From NCBI GenBank assembly GCA_964386905.1, contig CAYLUP010000001.1:109660-173659 (forward strand): 64,000 nt of DNA, in the 5' to 3' direction. This document shows positions 19,564 to 28,611 of the stretch, piece after piece (positions within the stretch are counted from its first letter, which is position 1; each line of letters begins with the position of its first letter). The notes under the pieces are model-generated. The model was given only the letters and a program-made list of their open reading frames with translations, was not told the origin of the DNA and did no database searches. Source of the DNA: an uncultured Candidatus Saccharibacteria bacterium. Its GTDB lineage: Bacteria > Patescibacteriota > Minisyncoccia > Phycocordibacterales > UBA6899. Both the position numbers and the translations under genes were made by a program.

Positions 19564-20481
19564 TTATTTCTTTCCTTGATGCTTGTGACTTAATATCATA
19601 TAGGTCAATATGAGAGTTGCAAGCGTGGCTGTAGTAATAAACCAAAATCCATATTTCATGCCATGAATTGGAGATCCACCAGCATCCACAAGCAAGAGGG
19701 TCGCAAGAAGTGTTGAGAGAAAGATGGGAACAGATGCAACAGTAAGTGCACGCATGGCCGTATTTGTTTTTGCGGCAAGCAGAGAGTCGTTTGTTGAGCG
19801 GAGTGCGTTGACCATCTCCTTTCTGTCTTCGAGTTTCTCTTCAACTTTTAAATATTCCGACATGAGTTTGGATGCCCAATGATGGAAGTCACCATTAAAT
19901 AGCACAGACGCATGTTCTTCAAGCGTGCGTAATACTGTTTTGTGGTGGCGCAGGGCACGGTTATATAGCAAGACATCGCGGTGAATCTTTGAAAGCTCTT
20001 CAACCATATATTGTTCTTTGCCGTGGAATATTCCATCCTCGGCTTTTCCAAGACGTTCCCCAATATGAGAAAGCGAGATAAGGGTAGAGTCGTAGAGTTT
20101 TCTGAGAAGGAAATACAAAAAGTAGCCAGCGTGATTGAGTTCCGGTTTTGATTCTAAGATGGCATCGAGTTGAAATGATTGAACAAAGGTATTTTGTGGA
20201 TCGTGATCATCGTATCGAACGGTTATAAGTTCATTTCGAAGTAATACAAAGTCAACTTCGGAAAGTGCCCTGTCTCTTTCTACGGTGAGGACAGGGAAGT
20301 GAAGAACGAGATAAAGTATTTCCCCATATTGCTCTACTCGTTGTCGAAGCGATGGCATGAGAAGGTCTTCGCAAAGGAGGTGGTGGAGCTGAAATTCTTC
20401 GCGAATAGCGGAGATATCGTTTAGCGTTGGCTTGTGAATATCTATCCATGTGATATCTCCAATAGTGTGTCTTTGTATCAT
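19564..20481 (-). CDS. corA: CorA-family divalent cation (Mg2+/Co2+) transporter
   Basis: Cytoplasmic funnel domain + two C-terminal TM helices with GMKY (GMN-like) motif; start set at MIQRHTIGDITWID (ORF extends to 20601 into divergent promoter region). Confidence 0.7.
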   Translation of the reverse strand: MIQRHTIGDITWIDIHKPTLNDISAIREEFQLHHLLCEDLLMPSLRQRVEQYGEILYLVLHFPVLTVERDRALSEVDFVLLRNELITVRYDDHDPQNTFVQSFQLDAILESKPELNHAGYFLYFLLRKLYDSTLISLSHIGERLGKAEDGIFHGKEQYMVEELSKIHRDVLLYNRALRHHKTVLRTLEEHASVLFNGDFHHWASKLMSEYLKVEEKLEDRKEMVNALRSTNDSLLAAKTNTAMRALTVASVPIFLSTLLATLLLVDAGGSPIHGMKYGFWFITTATLATLILTYMILSHKHQGKK

Positions 20482-20539
20482 AATATAGAGTATATCATGG
20501 AGGTTTGACTGATTCTTAAATATTCCCCATAATAGGGGC

Positions 20540-21868
20540 ATGAAAGATACCCTCGCAAGGCTGTATTCAAAAACAGGTACATATATCTTGTTTGGCCTCA
20601 CAATATTTGTTGTAGGTCTTCTTGTTGGATATTATCGCGCACCTGAGGTGAGTAAAGTTGCTGGCATTATTAATGCGACCCCGGACATTCAGCAGTTGGA
20701 AGCCTCTGGAACTGTCTTGAAATGCACAGATGCGCTTGGGAATGATGTTTCTTGCAATGAGACGGAAAAAGTAAAAGATAGAATCTTAACAATCCCATCT
20801 CATTCTGTCGCTGACTTTAATCAATTTTGGAGAGCGTGGAATTTGATTAACGAGCGATACGTGCCAGTAAAGGGAGAAGAGATTTCTCAGCAAGAAAAAA
20901 TATGGGGAGCCATTGCAGGCCTTGCTGATTCACTCGGAGATCCATATACATTTTTTCTCCCACCAAAAGAAAAGAAGCTTTTTGAACAAGACGTTGCTGG
21001 TTCATTTGGTGGAGTCGGGATGCAGATTGGAATGAAAGATGGCGTCCCTACGGTTATTTCTCCTTTGAAGAATTCTCCTGCAGAGCGAGCAGGAATTATG
21101 TCAGGAGATAAAATTGTTGAAATAGATACAGAAACAGTCAAAGGACTTTCAATTGACACTGTTTTGTATAAAATTCGTGGGGAGATCGGAACAAAAGTTG
21201 AAATCGCACTCCTCCATGCAGACCAAACAACACCCTACCGTGTGACTATTACTCGCGAAGAGATTAAGGCGCCAACACTAGAGACCGAGAAAAAAGACGG
21301 GGTGTTTATTATTCGTCTCTTTAGTTTCTCTCAGACCGCAGGAGAGCTCTTTGCCGACGCAATTACCGCATTTCAACAGTCCGGAACAAAAAAGCTTATT
21401 GTGGATTTACGCGGAAATCCCGGAGGATATCTAGAAACATCCGTTGATATCGCGTCTTGGTTTCTTCCCGCAGGTAAAATTGTTGTAGAGGAGAGTGGTC
21501 GCGGAGAACATTATGCATATCGAAGCTACGGCCATCCGGGTCAAGTAAAGGATGCAAAAATTGTAGTATTGGTTGACGAAGGGTCAGCTTCCGCGTCTGA
21601 AATTCTAGCTGGAGCACTGCAGCAGCACGGAATTGCAACTCTTGTTGGTACGAAAACATTTGGAAAGGGAAGCGTTCAGGAGCTTATCCCAATTACAATG
21701 GAAACCTCACTTAAGTTGACTGTTGCTCGATGGATTATGCCAAACGGGAAAACGCTCACTGATGGCGGGATTGATCCTGACATTGACGTTCCAATGACAA
21801 AAGATGATGTTGAAAAGGGGAAAGACCCCCAACTGATTCGTGCTTTAGAGTTTTTAAACGATCGATAA
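20540..21868 (+). CDS. ctpA: Carboxyl-terminal processing protease (S41 family)
   Basis: N-terminal TM, PDZ domain (GVGMQIGMKDG...ISPLKNSPAERAGIMSGDKIVEID), S41 catalytic region VDLRGNPGG...TFGKGSVQ. Confidence 0.9.
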   Translation: MKDTLARLYSKTGTYILFGLTIFVVGLLVGYYRAPEVSKVAGIINATPDIQQLEASGTVLKCTDALGNDVSCNETEKVKDRILTIPSHSVADFNQFWRAWNLINERYVPVKGEEISQQEKIWGAIAGLADSLGDPYTFFLPPKEKKLFEQDVAGSFGGVGMQIGMKDGVPTVISPLKNSPAERAGIMSGDKIVEIDTETVKGLSIDTVLYKIRGEIGTKVEIALLHADQTTPYRVTITREEIKAPTLETEKKDGVFIIRLFSFSQTAGELFADAITAFQQSGTKKLIVDLRGNPGGYLETSVDIASWFLPAGKIVVEESGRGEHYAYRSYGHPGQVKDAKIVVLVDEGSASASEILAGALQQHGIATLVGTKTFGKGSVQELIPITMETSLKLTVARWIMPNGKTLTDGGIDPDIDVPMTKDDVEKGKDPQLIRALEFLNDR

Positions 21869-21892
21869 ACGTACACGATAGTGTGCGTTTTT
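21867..21892 (+). terminator. Hairpin terminator (aaacgtacacgatagtgtgcgttttt)
   Basis: Stem-loop + T-run after ctpA. Confidence 0.6.
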
Positions 21893-21988
21893 GCTTGCGA
21901 AAATGTTTGCTTGTGATATGATGCGTATTACCACTAAAAGCCCCGTGGACGTTTTATTTTGTCCCGGTTTAAGTAATTAAAGAACAAT

Positions 21989-22432
21989 ATGAAGGTAGTA
22001 TTATTACAACACGTTCCAAAGGTCGGTAAAAAATATGAGATCGTTGAGGTCGCACCAGGATATGCACGGAACTTTCTTGTTGCACGCGGTCTTGCAGAAG
22101 CAGTCACACGCGCAAATGTCGCACGTGTTGAGGAGTTGAAGAAGCGCCGCGCTCTTGAGGTTACGAAGGAACATGCACGCATGGAGAAGGCCGCAGGCGA
22201 GCTTGCTGGGAAAAGGATTGAAATTTCTCGCGAGACGAATGAAGAAGGGGGTTTGTACGCACAGATTTCTCTCCATGATATCGCACAACTCATTGAGGAA
22301 AAGACCCAAGTTGCTTTGCCAGTACACCATATCCATCTCGCACATCAGGTGAAGACGACTGGTGAACATGCCGTAAAGGTGGAGTTCGGAGAAAAGACCG
22401 TAGAATTCACCCTTGTCGTAAGCGCAGCATAA
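21989..22432 (+). CDS. rplI: 50S ribosomal protein L9
   Basis: MKVVLLQHVPKVGKKYEIVEVAPGYARNFL... canonical L9 N-domain. Confidence 0.95.
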   Translation: MKVVLLQHVPKVGKKYEIVEVAPGYARNFLVARGLAEAVTRANVARVEELKKRRALEVTKEHARMEKAAGELAGKRIEISRETNEEGGLYAQISLHDIAQLIEEKTQVALPVHHIHLAHQVKTTGEHAVKVEFGEKTVEFTLVVSAA

Positions 22433-22460
22433 AAAACACGTAAATGACGTGTTTTTTTGT
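22433..22460 (+). terminator. Hairpin terminator (aaaaaacacgtaaatgacgtgttttttt)
   Basis: Stem-loop + T-run after rplI. Confidence 0.7.
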
Positions 22461-22475
22461 ATGTTGGACGTGCTA

Positions 22476-22503
22476 TTGACAGAATTAATTGACATGATAT
22501 AAT
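22476..22503 (+). promoter_or_regulatory. Sigma70-type promoter (-35 TTGACA 22476-22481, 16-nt spacer, -10 TATAAT 22498-22503)
   Basis: Consensus hexamers with proper spacing upstream of the GC-rich gene; a near-identical ttgacagaat(t)aat...tataat promoter recurs at 23792-23819. Confidence 0.6.
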
Positions 22504-22636
22504 ATAAACAGTCGGGGTTTTGTACCATCGTGGTACAGTTACCCTAAAGCTCTTCAATGCAGCCCTGCATAACACATGATGTACTGTGTGGGGCTGGTCG
22601 CACCACTTACTGGTGCTCACAGGCCAAGGAGGCCAC

Positions 22637-23704
22637 ATGTTCAAGAACATCATTTTCGCGATCATCTTCGCGGTGATCGGGTCCATGAGCCTTCTGGCTC
22701 AGCCGAGCACCACGAGTGTTTCGGCCGGTGTCACCGACATTCCCGGGGCCTACCAGACCCTGGATGACATCACCGCCGCCTACAAGGCCGGTCACCTGGA
22801 GTACTACACTCCTCGTGACCCGCGTGGAAAGAACGTGAATGCCCCGGACGGGAAGAGAATTCTCGCCGCTCCCATGGGAAGGCTCACGTTCGCGGAGCTT
22901 CAGATCTTGGGCGGAAAGGCTTGGGTCGCAATCAAGCCGACGGATATCGTCCGTCGTCTTGCGGGCCGAACCACGCCTTTTGCTCTCGACTGGTGTGGGA
23001 ATCGGATCTATCGGATCGCATATCCGAATCCTCTCCCCACGCGTGAGCTGCCTCCTCCGGTCAAGCCCGAAGCTGGAACTGTCACCGTGAACAACGATGT
23101 CAATGTTCCAGTGCAGCCTGTCACTGAGGTGGTTGAACAAGGAGGAGATACGGTTGTCAACAATCGTATCACTCTCCCGGCCGCTTCTGCTCCCGTGGTC
23201 TACAGGAAGGGCAACGTAACGGTGAATAACCGCATCGTCGTTGCTCCCCCCCAGACTCAGGTTGGGCCTCCGGCCCCCGCCACTGTCGTTCGGCCGCTGC
23301 CTCCTCCCATCGTCGCTCCTTCGAGTGACCAGATGGGTCCGCAGGCTCCGCGCCTGCAGGTTCCTGCTCCCGCGCCCTACCAGCCTCAGCCCTACACCCC
23401 TGTGGTGAAGAAGGGTTGGTCGACCGGAACGAAGATCCTGTTTGGTGTTGGCATTGCTGGCGGTGCCTACCTTCTCTCCAAGGCCTTCAAAAAGGAAGAC
23501 AAGAATGGCCCCCCGAGCGGTGATACGCTTGGAGAGGGTGGCGCTCCCTCCGGTGGCCTTGCTGCCCCTCTCAAAATGGGGAGTGGCGACGCTGCGCTCC
23601 TGCGGAGCATGCAGGGGCAGGCATTTCGGCCTGGGTTCAACCCCGCCGAGTTCGCCGCCGCTAATGGCCGCGGTGTATATATTAGCATCGGCCGTCGGTT
23701 TTAG
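22637..23704 (+). CDS. GC-rich secreted/membrane protein: signal peptide, VTVNN-repeat beta region, proline-rich segment, one TM, short C-terminal tail
   Basis: Strong SD (ccaAGGAGGccac) then ATG 22637; signal peptide MFKNIIFAIIFAVIGSMSLLAQP; codon usage (GC-rich third positions) completely unlike neighbours; antisense ORF 22607-23725 is a GC-driven shadow. Confidence 0.7.
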   Translation: MFKNIIFAIIFAVIGSMSLLAQPSTTSVSAGVTDIPGAYQTLDDITAAYKAGHLEYYTPRDPRGKNVNAPDGKRILAAPMGRLTFAELQILGGKAWVAIKPTDIVRRLAGRTTPFALDWCGNRIYRIAYPNPLPTRELPPPVKPEAGTVTVNNDVNVPVQPVTEVVEQGGDTVVNNRITLPAASAPVVYRKGNVTVNNRIVVAPPQTQVGPPAPATVVRPLPPPIVAPSSDQMGPQAPRLQVPAPAPYQPQPYTPVVKKGWSTGTKILFGVGIAGGAYLLSKAFKKEDKNGPPSGDTLGEGGAPSGGLAAPLKMGSGDAALLRSMQGQAFRPGFNPAEFAAANGRGVYISIGRRF

Positions 23705-23752
23705 ACGGCCGCAGGCAAAACGCATGAGGATTTTCCCTCTGCTAGTACTATC

Positions 23753-23780
23753 AACCCCCGTGTTACGGCATGGGGGTTTT
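23753..23780 (+). terminator. Hairpin terminator (aacccccgtgttacggcatgggggtttt)
   Basis: GC stem + T-run after GC-rich gene. Confidence 0.7.
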
Positions 23781-23791
23781 GGTTTTATATA

Positions 23792-23819
23792 GTTGACAGA
23801 ATAATATAATCTGGTATAA
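23792..23819 (+). promoter_or_regulatory. Sigma70-type promoter (-35 TTGACA, 16-nt spacer, -10 TATAAT) for the surface-protein gene
   Basis: gTTGACAgaataatataatctggTATAATatattgc. Confidence 0.55.
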
Positions 23820-23917
23820 TATATTGCATATCACGATATTTCCTTGTAGAACTTGGAATATCTGTGAAAGGTATTATTAATACGCCGAAAGGCACAGAAC
23901 ACAACAAAAAAATTATT

Positions 23918-26446
23918 ATGTCTACACTCAAGAAAATTTCAGCACTCTTTGCACTTGCTGCTGCTTTCTTCCTTGCGGGAACGCACGGAGTATTTGCTGC
24001 AACATGTGACTCTGCATTGCTTAATGGGTACGTCAATCCAAATGGCTATCCGACTCAGGCGTGGTTCGAATACGATACCAATAGTTCTGATGTTTCAAAT
24101 GGAAATGGAACGAAAACTGCGAAGCAGACTTTTTCTGTTCCTTCATATTATAAGCAATCAATCACCGGGCTTTCAGAGAATACTACATACTATTACCGAG
24201 CTGCTTTCTCTAATCAGGCTGGTACTGCGTATGGCAGTGTAAAGTCATTTCAGACACTCGATTGTTCAGATCAGGGTGGTGATGCACCAGAAGTAACAAC
24301 AAATGCAGCAACAAATGTGCAGGATACTTCTGCAACGTTGCGCGGATATGTTGATGTAAACGGATCAGATGATACGGTTCGCTGGTTTGAGTGGGGTCGC
24401 TCTTCTAGCGATCTTGATCGGACAACGAGCCGCATATCGATGTCAGATTCGGGGAGTGTTTCTGTGTCGATTTCAGACCTCTCACCAAATACTCGCTACT
24501 ACTTTCGTTTACATGCAGAGAATGACGCAGGTTCAGACTCTGGAAGTACACTATCCTTCACAACTTCTGATGATGGTGGATCAGATGATGATTTACCCGA
24601 AGCCCGCACTCGGTCTGCATCAGACATTGATGAAGATTCAGCAACACTCAACGGATATATTGATACAAATGGAACAGATAACGTAGAGCGTTGGTTTGAG
24701 TGGGGCCGATCTTCTTCAGATCTCGATCGCACAACTTCTCGCTCAACAATTTCAAGCTCACGTGATGTGTCAGCGTATATTTCCGGACTTGACGAAGATA
24801 CAACGTACTACTTCCGTGTTGTTGCACGCAATGACGCAGGAACTGTGCGTGGAAGCACGTACTCATTCCGAACTGACGATAATGGTTCAGGTGATGACGA
24901 TGATCTTCCTTCAGTTTCGACACGATCAGCGACAAACATCAATTCAACTTCTGCGACATTGAATGGGTACGTGAATACAAATGGGACTGATGATGTGGAA
25001 CGTTGGTTTGAGTGGGGGCGTTCTTCCTCAGATCTTGATAACACCACATCCCGAAATTCGATTGGATATTCCGGTGATGCATCGGCATATATTTCCGGTC
25101 TGAATTCAAACACAACCTATTATTTTCGTATCGTAGCTCGCAATGATGCTGGCACTGTGTATGGGTCTGTATATTCATTTACAACACGCGGAAGCGGTGG
25201 TGGTGACAACGGAGACGCTCCAATAGTGACAACACGATCTGCAACATCTGTTACAACCAATACTGCGACACTCAATGGACACGTCGATGCAAATGGTGGT
25301 TCAGATACATCTGCATGGTTTGAGTGGGGGACGACAGAGAGCATGACAAATGTCACAACACGTCGCAATCAGGGTGATTCGTCAGCAAATATTTCTGCTG
25401 CTCTTACTGGCCTTCGTGCAGATACTGTGTATTATTTCCGTGCTGTTGCACAGAATAGCCGTGGCACGTCGCGTGGAACAATGTATACATTTACCACAGC
25501 ACGCTCTGGTGGCGGTTCACAGGGGCAAGTTCCGACAGTGATCACAACGCTTCCGACGAATATCACAGGATATTCTGCAACATTCAACTCCTTGATTCTA
25601 CAGAGTGGAAACTCATCATCAGAAGCATGGTTTGAGTGGGGATCATCTGAGGCCCTCGGACGTCGAACATCAACAAAGAGTGTTGGCTCAGCACCTTCTT
25701 TGCGTCATACAGAGACAGTGAACGAATTGACGCCGGGTGTAACATACTATTACCGTATCGTTGCGGAAAATCAGTATGGTCGTAATTATGGAACACTTCA
25801 GAAATTCGTTACTCGTTCTTCTGTCGTAACCCCACCACCAACACCTAAGCCAACTCCTAAGCCAATACCAAAGCCAGTTCCGGTTCCAACACCAAAACCA
25901 ACTGTGGTATACGCTGAAGGGGTGAATAGCTTGGTTATGTTGACGATTGTTGGCGAAGAAGAGGGTGTTTCTAAAAATGAACAACAAACCTATACGATTA
26001 CATGGCACAACAAAAGCGAACAGACATTGAAAGATGTTGTCTTGCGTATCATGATTCCAGCACAGTTGTCGTTTATTAGTGCAGATGATGGACAATACTC
26101 AACAACAGATGGTATTCATACACTTGAACTAGGAACCCTTAAGGGCTCTGAGACAGGTGAATTGAACATTGTCTTGAAGGGAAGTCAGGTATTGGTCCCA
26201 GGTGACCTTATTGTAACAACAGCAAATCTTGTCTATACAGATGAGTCGAATGTACAGGGTGACGCTCTCGCATATGTAACGCAGCGCGGTGAAGCCGGTG
26301 GGTCAGTCCTCGGTGCAAGCGCAGCAGGAGGAGCATTCCCATATGTTCTCTTAGGTTGGCTTCTCTTAATTATTCTTCTCATCATCTTGGTTATCTTGAG
26401 TCATCACTTATACAAGCGATTATCTCAGAAGAATACGCAAGCGTAA
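23918..26446 (+). CDS. Large cell-surface protein: signal peptide, six tandem ~90-aa Fn3-like (WFEWG...YYFR) repeats, Pro/Thr/Lys linker, DUF11-like beta domain, C-terminal TM anchor
   Basis: Repeat consensus T-x-SATLNGYV-x-NG-x-D-x-WFEWG-SSS-LD-TTSR...NTTYYFR-VA-NDAGT-GS-SF-T repeated 6x; TPPPTPKPTPKPIPKPVPVPTPKPT linker; C-terminal LLGWLLLIILLIILVIL; start at MSTLKKISALFALAAAFFLAGTHGVFA. Confidence 0.8.
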   Translation: MSTLKKISALFALAAAFFLAGTHGVFAATCDSALLNGYVNPNGYPTQAWFEYDTNSSDVSNGNGTKTAKQTFSVPSYYKQSITGLSENTTYYYRAAFSNQAGTAYGSVKSFQTLDCSDQGGDAPEVTTNAATNVQDTSATLRGYVDVNGSDDTVRWFEWGRSSSDLDRTTSRISMSDSGSVSVSISDLSPNTRYYFRLHAENDAGSDSGSTLSFTTSDDGGSDDDLPEARTRSASDIDEDSATLNGYIDTNGTDNVERWFEWGRSSSDLDRTTSRSTISSSRDVSAYISGLDEDTTYYFRVVARNDAGTVRGSTYSFRTDDNGSGDDDDLPSVSTRSATNINSTSATLNGYVNTNGTDDVERWFEWGRSSSDLDNTTSRNSIGYSGDASAYISGLNSNTTYYFRIVARNDAGTVYGSVYSFTTRGSGGGDNGDAPIVTTRSATSVTTNTATLNGHVDANGGSDTSAWFEWGTTESMTNVTTRRNQGDSSANISAALTGLRADTVYYFRAVAQNSRGTSRGTMYTFTTARSGGGSQGQVPTVITTLPTNITGYSATFNSLILQSGNSSSEAWFEWGSSEALGRRTSTKSVGSAPSLRHTETVNELTPGVTYYYRIVAENQYGRNYGTLQKFVTRSSVVTPPPTPKPTPKPIPKPVPVPTPKPTVVYAEGVNSLVMLTIVGEEEGVSKNEQQTYTITWHNKSEQTLKDVVLRIMIPAQLSFISADDGQYSTTDGIHTLELGTLKGSETGELNIVLKGSQVLVPGDLIVTTANLVYTDESNVQGDALAYVTQRGEAGGSVLGASAAGGAFPYVLLGWLLLIILLIILVILSHHLYKRLSQKNTQA

Positions 26447-26511
26447 CAAAAATACACCGAAAGGTGTTTTTTGTTTGTTCTATTCAAAAAAATAAACACG
26501 CGAGTGCGTGT

Positions 26512-26787
26512 TTATTTTGCAATGTATGCCATTTTGTGGCTCTTGCGATTGCCATCAAAACCAATCTTGCGAACAGTCTTGAATTTCACAGTACCATCCT
26601 GGACTGCGAATAAGGTGTGATCTTTGCCCACTTTGACACCCTCACCGGCAACGACGCGTGTGCCGCGCTGGCGAACAATGATGTTGCCAACGATAGCCTT
26701 CTGCCCGTCGTGGAGCTTAACGCCAAGATATTTTGGCTTTGAGTCGGTGAGGTTCCGCGCGGTACCTCCGGCCTTTTTGGTCGACAT
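26512..26787 (-). CDS. rpmA: 50S ribosomal protein L27
   Basis: [24 protein letters not shown]...[26 protein letters not shown] canonical L27. Confidence 0.95.
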   Translation of the reverse strand: MSTKKAGGTARNLTDSKPKYLGVKLHDGQKAIVGNIIVRQRGTRVVAGEGVKVGKDHTLFAVQDGTVKFKTVRKIGFDGNRKSHKMAYIAK

Positions 26788-27038
26788 GGTGTGTTGGGAT
26801 TATGAATAATAAGCGCCGTGCACTCACGGTGCTCAACGTGCTGATTAGTATAACAGAATGTTGAAAATAATCAAGTGATTCATTCACATCTCGGAAATAA
26901 AAGTAGCACATAATACCTTTCTTTACATTTTGATAATTTATTAGTATAAATTGACACTCCATGAGGCCTTGTGTATACTTACTACGCATTCCAAACTAAA
27001 CATTTGGGTAATTTATTACTCATATTTAAAGCATCCGC

Positions 27039-27359
27039 ATGAAGAAATACACGAAAAAGTCAATTCATTCACCAATCGAAAATACCCTTCAGGTGATCGG
27101 GAGCAAGTGGACCGTACTCATTATCCGCGAGCTCATGGATGGAACTCGTCGTTTTGGCGAACTTGAGCGCGCACTTACTGGTATCAGCCCAAGGACACTC
27201 TCAATGCGTCTTGGTGATATGGAAGGGCATGGAATCATCGAAAGAAAAGTATTTCCTGAGGTCCCCCCACGTGTAGAATATAAACTTTCACCACTCGGAA
27301 AATCTCTCGAACCAGTCTTGAAAACCCTGTCACAGTGGGGACAGGAACTCAAAAAATAA
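27039..27359 (+). CDS. HxlR-family winged-helix transcriptional regulator
   Basis: IGSKWTVLIIRELMDGTRRFGELERALTGISPRTLSMRL signature. Confidence 0.85.
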   Translation: MKKYTKKSIHSPIENTLQVIGSKWTVLIIRELMDGTRRFGELERALTGISPRTLSMRLGDMEGHGIIERKVFPEVPPRVEYKLSPLGKSLEPVLKTLSQWGQELKK

Positions 27360-27412
27360 CCGAATGGTTATTTTTTGTTGCGCAAGATCGAAAGTCTGTG
27401 TATGATGCGTGC

Positions 27413-28513
27413 ATGTCATTGTCTATTGGAATTGTTGGCCTTCCAAATGTTGGAAAATCAACGCTGTTTAACGCTTTAACAAAAAAAGGCGCAGAAACTG
27501 CTAATTACCCTTTTTGTACTATTGACCCATCTGTGGGTGTAGTTACTGTTCCAGATCACCGTTTGTGGAAACTTGCAGAATTTTCTCGTACACAAAAAAC
27601 GGTTCCTGCCATTGTTGAATTCGTAGACATTGCAGGTTTAGTGAAGGGTGCGTCTGAGGGACAGGGTCTCGGAAATAAGTTTCTCGCAAATATTCGAGAG
27701 ACAGATGCGATCGCGGAGGTTGTGCGTATTTTTGAGGATAGCGACATTATTCACGTTGATGGAAAAATCGATCCTGTATCAGATGTCGAAGTAATAAATA
27801 TGGAGCTTATTCTTGCTGATCTTCAAACTGTTACTACGCGAGAACAAAATATCGGGCGCGATGTGAAGCGGGGAGACAAGGTCGCGATAAAAGAAAATGC
27901 AATATTAAAGAAGCTTCGGGTGATTCTAGAATCTGAGCATTTGGCGAATACCATACAATTTGAGGATGAGGAAGAGGCTCGTATTGCAAAACAGCTCAAT
28001 CTCCTAACCCTAAAACCATTCTTGTATATTTTGAATAAGAAGGCCGGAGGAAAGAATCTTGACGAAATGCAGGACCCTCGTTTTGAAAAGCTCATATCTT
28101 ACCTTAAGGAACGAAAAGCACAGTATTGTATTGTCGACGCTCGAATTAGCGAAGAGTTAAATGCGTTTGAGGGTGAAGAACGTGCAGAATTTGCGAAAGA
28201 ACTTGGTGTTAAGGATGATGGTATTGATGTCCTTATCAGGGCGGGGTATGAGCTCCTTGGTCTTGTGACATATTTTACGACGGGCGAAAAAGAAACACGC
28301 GCCTGGACGATTAAAAAATATTCAACAGCACCAGTTGCGGGTATGGCAATCCATACGGATTTCAAGGATAAATTTATTCGTGCAGAAGTCATCGAATGGG
28401 ATACGCTGCTTGCCGCCGGATCGTATGGAAACGCACGAGAAAAGGGGCTTGTACGCACAGAAGGAAAGGAATATATTGTACAAGATGGAGATGTCATTGA
28501 ATTTAAGATTTAA
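27413..28513 (+). CDS. ychF: Ribosome-binding ATPase YchF (Obg-like GTPase family)
   Basis: [20 protein letters not shown]1, TGS C-terminal domain; start at MSLSIG rather than upstream ORF start. Confidence 0.9.
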   Translation: MSLSIGIVGLPNVGKSTLFNALTKKGAETANYPFCTIDPSVGVVTVPDHRLWKLAEFSRTQKTVPAIVEFVDIAGLVKGASEGQGLGNKFLANIRETDAIAEVVRIFEDSDIIHVDGKIDPVSDVEVINMELILADLQTVTTREQNIGRDVKRGDKVAIKENAILKKLRVILESEHLANTIQFEDEEEARIAKQLNLLTLKPFLYILNKKAGGKNLDEMQDPRFEKLISYLKERKAQYCIVDARISEELNAFEGEERAEFAKELGVKDDGIDVLIRAGYELLGLVTYFTTGEKETRAWTIKKYSTAPVAGMAIHTDFKDKFIRAEVIEWDTLLAAGSYGNAREKGLVRTEGKEYIVQDGDVIEFKI

Positions 28514-28611
28514 CACACGAGAATGTCTTGTGTGTTTTTTGTTATACACAGTATGGAAACATGATATGCATGATATACTATGGGCAGCATTTACATTGTG
28601 CTTCTTTACCC

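Noticed and set aside
22004-22528. 174-aa minus-strand ORF overlapping rplI
   Set aside because: Antisense to a canonical L9 gene and its terminator. Cys-rich nonsense translation.
22607-23725. 372-aa ORF on the minus strand fully overlapping the GC-rich gene
   Set aside because: Typical GC-driven antisense shadow ORF. The plus-strand frame has a strong SD, a canonical signal peptide and coherent domain organisation, whereas the minus-strand product is low-complexity R/G/S-rich with no start context.
24369-26095. Multiple 77-135-aa ORFs on both strands within the surface-protein gene
   Set aside because: Artefacts of the internally repetitive Fn3-repeat coding sequence. The long plus-strand frame with signal peptide and repeat structure explains the region.
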